Shown one piece after another: positions 59,266 through 64,000 of a stretch of 64,000 bases of DNA. The DNA comes from Zootoca vivipara. Taxonomy: Eukaryota. How positions within the stretch are numbered: position 1 is the stretch's first letter; each line of letters begins with the position of its first letter. A program made the translations under genes and the position numbers. The stretch is from assembly GCF_963506605.1 (NCBI RefSeq), contig NC_083277.1, positions 94,798,001 to 94,862,000 of the forward strand, given 5' to 3'. Under the pieces are notes generated by a model. It was not told the DNA's origin and did no database searches. It saw nothing but the letters and a program-made list of their open reading frames with translations.

Positions 59266-62159
59266 CTCTGTGGCAGGCATCAGTGTCACTCATGCCCCTC
59301 CACGTAGATGAGGAATTAAGAGGGGTCCTGGTATGAAATGGCAGCCGAGGGTAGCCTGGGGGAAAGCAACAGTCAGATATTACCACCCTGATGCATGCTG
59401 CTGAGTGCTTTCTCTCAGGTAATCATGCTTTTAAGATTTTAAGAAAACCCCACATAAGGGCACTAGGAATGGCACCAGCCTAGCCAACTTTACCCCAAGA
59501 CAAAGCAGTCAGGTTTCCAAACACTCACTGAGGGTTGCTAGAAATACAGCCTCACCCTTCAACTGCCAGCGCCAGCCTATGTAACTAAGGGAAATGGAGC
59601 ATGATGGGTAATGTAGTTAAATCCTTCCTCTGCCAAATCCTATTATTTAGGAAGTAAGGCATGCTGGGAGTTGTAGTTTAGCAGTAATATTTGACTTTCT
59701 CACGGACATTCTCTCTGCTAAGGAGTTCTTGTTTTAAACATACACACACATAACGATACATATAAAATCAAATTAGAATCTGATAAAGAGTTTATGAAGT
59801 AATGAAGGCAACTTAACAAGAACTAGAGTCGGCAGATCAAGCATGTTTAAAAGGTCCTGACTTGAGAGACCTTTGGTGCCTGTTTTATGGGGCAGCCGTT
59901 CTCTAAAATAGGAGGCACCTGTGGTCTTCGTGTGGTGTAAGAGAACCCTTTTAAAATAAATATCTAGTTGTGGGACTGTTCTACACGATTCCTGAACATG
60001 AAAGACTAGCGAGATTCAAAATGCAAGTCTGGCTAGTCTCTCATATTCTGTGGAAATGTAAGGTGCTGAAATCTGGGGTGCACATTCTGCAGAATACCGG
60101 ACTTTGGAAAAACTTGTTTGTTTATTATTTATTTATTGTGTTATCAAATTAATGCATTAATTTAACTGGGAACGATGAAGCCAGCCTTTCACACAAAGAT
60201 GCCAAGTTGTTGTCTCCATCCCTGGAATCACACATGTTTTATGTGAGAAACTGTTATAGAAATGTGGGGTACAATATGACTCTACAGTGTGCCATCAGGG
60301 ATGAGAATTAGACACTTTATGCTTATGTGAGAACAATCCACTTACTTGTAAATTAGTTCACAGTAACAGTTCAGCCTCAGGATGAGTCCACACATACATG
60401 TTAACCACTCAGTGACTGCAGCAAAAGTAACCACTATCACATTTCAAACAACATGTATCACCTCACACTGCCAAGCACAGTTCTTTTCAATAGAGGCAGT
60501 TAATTCTTGTGTCTACAAGTCACTGTGTGAAACGTCAAATTACATTGGTTCTGATATATGCAGAGACTTCCCCTGAACAAAACTAGACTCACTTGGCTTT
60601 TTAAAAGTTTACATTGTCTTAATTGTAAGAAAAATATGTAAAGCGATAAGAAATTGGTTGAAACAGTTTCATAAATGTATTCTTACCTTGCCTCACCCAT
60701 TCTCTCCCTACACCTTCCCTTCAACACTGTCTTGCAGTTTTAAAAAAACTTGTTGTGAATATTCTAATTGTATACATTCAGCCACACTTTCATACCCATT
60801 CATGCCTCAGTAGACAAAAAAGAATAGAAAATCAAATGAACAGAAGAGTAGGATAGAGGAAAAAGAGAAGTGAAAGTTCTGATCAGTGTGGATTTTTACT
60901 CTCTGTCGAAAGCATGGAGACAGGGAAGGCGTTAGGAAGAATGTTGAATAGTTGCTGAATTGTGGGAAGAGGTGGCAAAGTGTATAAACCAGTCAGATCC
61001 ACACTATACATTAAAAGCACATGACTCCCCCCCAAAAAAAATAATCCCGGGAACTGTAGTGCTCCTCACCAAACTAAAATCTCTCACAGGCCTTGCTTCA
61101 CATTCCCTTTGTGTTTTTGCCTGGTTGGAATATGTCATTGAACTCTGATAATGATTCCTACTAGTCTGGATGGAGGACAATAGGGGCATGTGTTTGTTTG
61201 TTTGTTTGTTTTGTGTAGAAAATAGCCTACTGTACAAAAGTAACATTTATATTCATTGCTCTGCCTGCATTTGCCCATGGTCCCAGCCAACACTGGCCTG
61301 TGGCCCCTGGAAAATTGCCCCTAGGGAAAGCTAGACCTTGCCTGCCCTAGTGGAATTTAGAGAAAGTGTATGCCATCACATTTCCTTGCTCTGTGCCCAC
61401 TATTTGTTTCTCAGCCTGTCAGCTGTGTCGATGCCAAGGGAGGTTCTAACTAAAATTACCCTGAGAAATAAAACAACTTTACAGTATTTGTGTATTTTCT
61501 AGTGCCCAGTTGGCACAAAGTTATTAAGAGATGGTGACAATAGTTGTGTAGAAGCATTTTAGCACTATTTCAGTGTCAGTAGCTCCAGTGCCTACTATGC
61601 CAACTTAAAGCTTGGTCCTAGCCAAGTTTACTCTGAGGTAAGATGCATTAAATTCAATCAGACTTTCAATGAGTTAAGTACTCTTAGGAAGGCAGCCTAA
61701 CAGCCCAGCCCTAAACCTTTTGGGTGCAGAACTACTTCCAGGGAGCTAAGCAAGCTCAGGAACTGCAACTGTACGATCCAGTCCTATAAATGTTTACTTA
61801 GTAAATCCCACCGAATTCAGTGTGACTAAGTCACAGTCTTTGAATGCACAAATGTACAAGAGAGGAAGCCCTACTGAACTTAATGGGGCATAATTATTTT
61901 TTAAGGAGTAATTCCTACTGATATAAATTTAATTCCAAGTAAACACTTTAGAATTATGATCCTATAGGGCTGGTAGCAAATGCATTTGCAATCTATCCTA
62001 CTAGCTACTAATTTATTCTGAACATGGTTACTAAGAGCAGTAGAGATGTGAGCAGAATCAGCAATGGCAGTGGAGCGCAGGAGCAGGTGCACGTGGCAAT
62101 AAAGGCAAAATTACCATTTCCACTACCAAATGAGCAAGAAAACCACCCTGTCTGAACTT

Positions 62160-62547
62160 ACTCGAGCTGCGGCTCTTACACCGCCTTTTTTCTCCCTCTT
62201 ATCTCGCTTTGCCTTCAGATCCTGGCCTATCCCCAGGTCCCCAGGCCGGGCTCCACCGCCCCTGCAAAACAAGGCTTCCCGTTGAGGGCTCTACCTTGGA
62301 TTACTTACTGAGTCAAGTGAGCACAACGCAAGAGACGGGGCGAAGAGTCAACTACAACTCCCACAATGCTCGGCCAAGGAGGCCTCTTCTGCCACCGGAC
62401 GTGGGATGAAATCGCGAGCGGGAGCCGACTTCAGACCGACTACATGTTCCAGCATGCATTGCGCGATGCCCTGAGCCCCCGGGACTTCCGGCGCCTACTC
62501 CGGGCCGTGATTGCGGAGGAGAGTCAAGAGGGCGGGTCCTGTTTGAA
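62160..62547. promoter_or_regulatory. Bidirectional LRRC45/CENPX promoter with LRRC45 non-coding first exon
   Basis: CpG-rich; ZNF143-type ACTACAACTCCCACAATGC at 62351 and ACTACATGTTCCAGCATGC at 62439; CTTCCGG at ~62485; GC box at ~62530; minus-strand donors AG|GTAAGT at 62161 and 62308; acceptor at 59356. Confidence 0.75.
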
Positions 62548-62586
62548 ATGGAGAAGAGGGAACAAGGCGCGAAAGGCTTCAAAAAG
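62548..62586 (+). CDS. CENPX: Centromere protein X (STRA13/MHF2) first coding exon; remainder not found in the window
   Basis: ATG..MEKREQGAKGFKK|GT matches the CENPX exon-1 end (human ...GFRK, phase 0) and the head-to-head position with LRRC45. Confidence 0.7.
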
Positions 62587-64000
62587 GTCAGGACGGGGGG
62601 AGCAGGGGGCAGGAGGGAATTCACCTTGGAAAGTGATGGGTGGCGGTTAAAGGGTGTGTGTGAAAGGGAGGCCTGAGAGTTCAGAGTTTACACACACGCG
62701 CTAAAATGTTATGACAGGAACTTGGGAAGGTTTCTGTGTAAGTTATTTCAGTTGCTTGTCAAGTTCTGCAAATCCTGCTGAGGTTCCCTCAGAGAAGACC
62801 TGTGTCTTGGGAGGGCTCTTAGACTCCCAGTGTTTCCCAAACTTTGGTCTCCATCTGCTTTTGGAATACAATTCCCATAATCCCTGACTTGCTAGCTAGG
62901 GATGATGGGAGTTGTAGTCCAAACAAAACACAAAAAACAGCTGGAGACCCAAGTTTGGGAAGTACCGGTTTTAAAGGAAGGGTCGTATTTGATTTTGGGG
63001 GCACTAAAGAATAGAGGATAGATAGAGCAGCTTGGCCAATTCAGGGCTGCAAGAGTTGGGCTTAATCTTCTTCTGGCGAATCAGATGATGGGTGCTCAGA
63101 AACTGGGGTGTAGGCCAGGATCTGGTTTCCTTAAAGGGTAGGGGTTGGATGTGGAATGGGGTTGGGGAAGGACCAAGGAGGTTCCACTATAAAGTGGTGT
63201 TGGGGAGAGACACGAATTTGTAGTGTTTTAGCCCTCTCCAGTGGGATTTTTTTTGCCCCTGGCGTCTGGACTTGTAAGTTAGCTACCCACCGTAATATTA
63301 TGTCTGTCTGCAGATCATTTTGTAATGGCCTTCATTTGCTGTAGAAATCTGAGGGCTGGGAGTGTGAAAATAATTGTAATAATGGATGTTGTAATAATGG
63401 GTAACTTCAGCTGCCTTCAAGTTGCTTAGGTAAACTCACGTTCAGGCGGTGACAAAGCAAAACATATCTAGATATGGTAAATGACTGCGCCATGAAACTG
63501 TTGGGGAAGAAAGCAAATAAATGGGAATGACCCTGGAATTACAGAACAATCTAAATCTCCTTCACAATAGGCTGGAGAGGGGGTTGAATTGGGCAGAAGT
63601 GTGTCTCTCTGCCCAGCCCTGCTGCCTGCAGGGAGATACCGGCATCACGCCACAAGTATGGAGCTCCCCTTCACCCTGTCAGATGTGCTGTTGGATCCCA
63701 AACTCGTCCCAGTGATGCTGTGTTATCGTTGTTGTTGTTTAGTCGTTTAGTCGTGTCTGACTCTTCGTGACCCCATGGACCATAGCATCCCAGCCTTCAT
63801 TTGGTACCAGGCCTGATTACTGCACCAGCTCCAGGCTGCTGCTGTGATAAACTTACTTCCTTGCTCCAGCACCCATCCTGGTGATGGTGGCAGAGCTGTG
63901 GATGCAGTGTTGGTCCTGCCACTTGTTCAGCCCCTCCAGGCCACAGTAGTAGTTAGGATTGTAGCTAGAAACCAGAGTGGTAGCCCAGGACCTGTTGCGA

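Noticed and set aside
62587-64000. CENPX exon 2
   Set aside because: No segment encoding an E.V..LL..HF.D.KT-like peptide was found; it probably lies beyond the window.

Overview
Vertebrate genomic DNA from a squamate, probably a lacertid lizard (inferred from a Sauria SINE, BovB ends and tRNA-Lys/CR1-tail SINEs). The window holds the conserved block GPS1(-, 5' part) / RFNG(+) / DCXR(+) / RAC3(-) / LRRC45(-) / CENPX(+, exon 1), the same order and relative orientation as human 17q25.3. RFNG, DCXR, RAC3 and LRRC45 were assembled by hand into complete GT-AG spliced ORFs. Four non-standard items stand out. (1) An intact, intronless, strongly diverged 14-3-3 gamma-like gene lies between RFNG and DCXR, and its phosphopeptide pocket is altered (R56->C, Y128->F, L220->H, L227->Q in zeta numbering). 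(2) A 7.5-kb non-autonomous ERV1-like LTR element with identical LTRs and a tRNA-Pro PBS sits in LRRC45 intron 7. It carries nested cargo and only integrase/env remnants. (3) A CR1 fragment inside that element shows a strong sense-strand A->G bias, consistent with ADAR hyper-editing fixed by reverse transcription. (4) A Penelope-type minimal hammerhead ribozyme lies upstream of the 14-3-3 gene. Many hAT and Tc1/mariner MITEs with visible TSDs are also present. All alignments were made by eye or from memory of the families; no searches were run.
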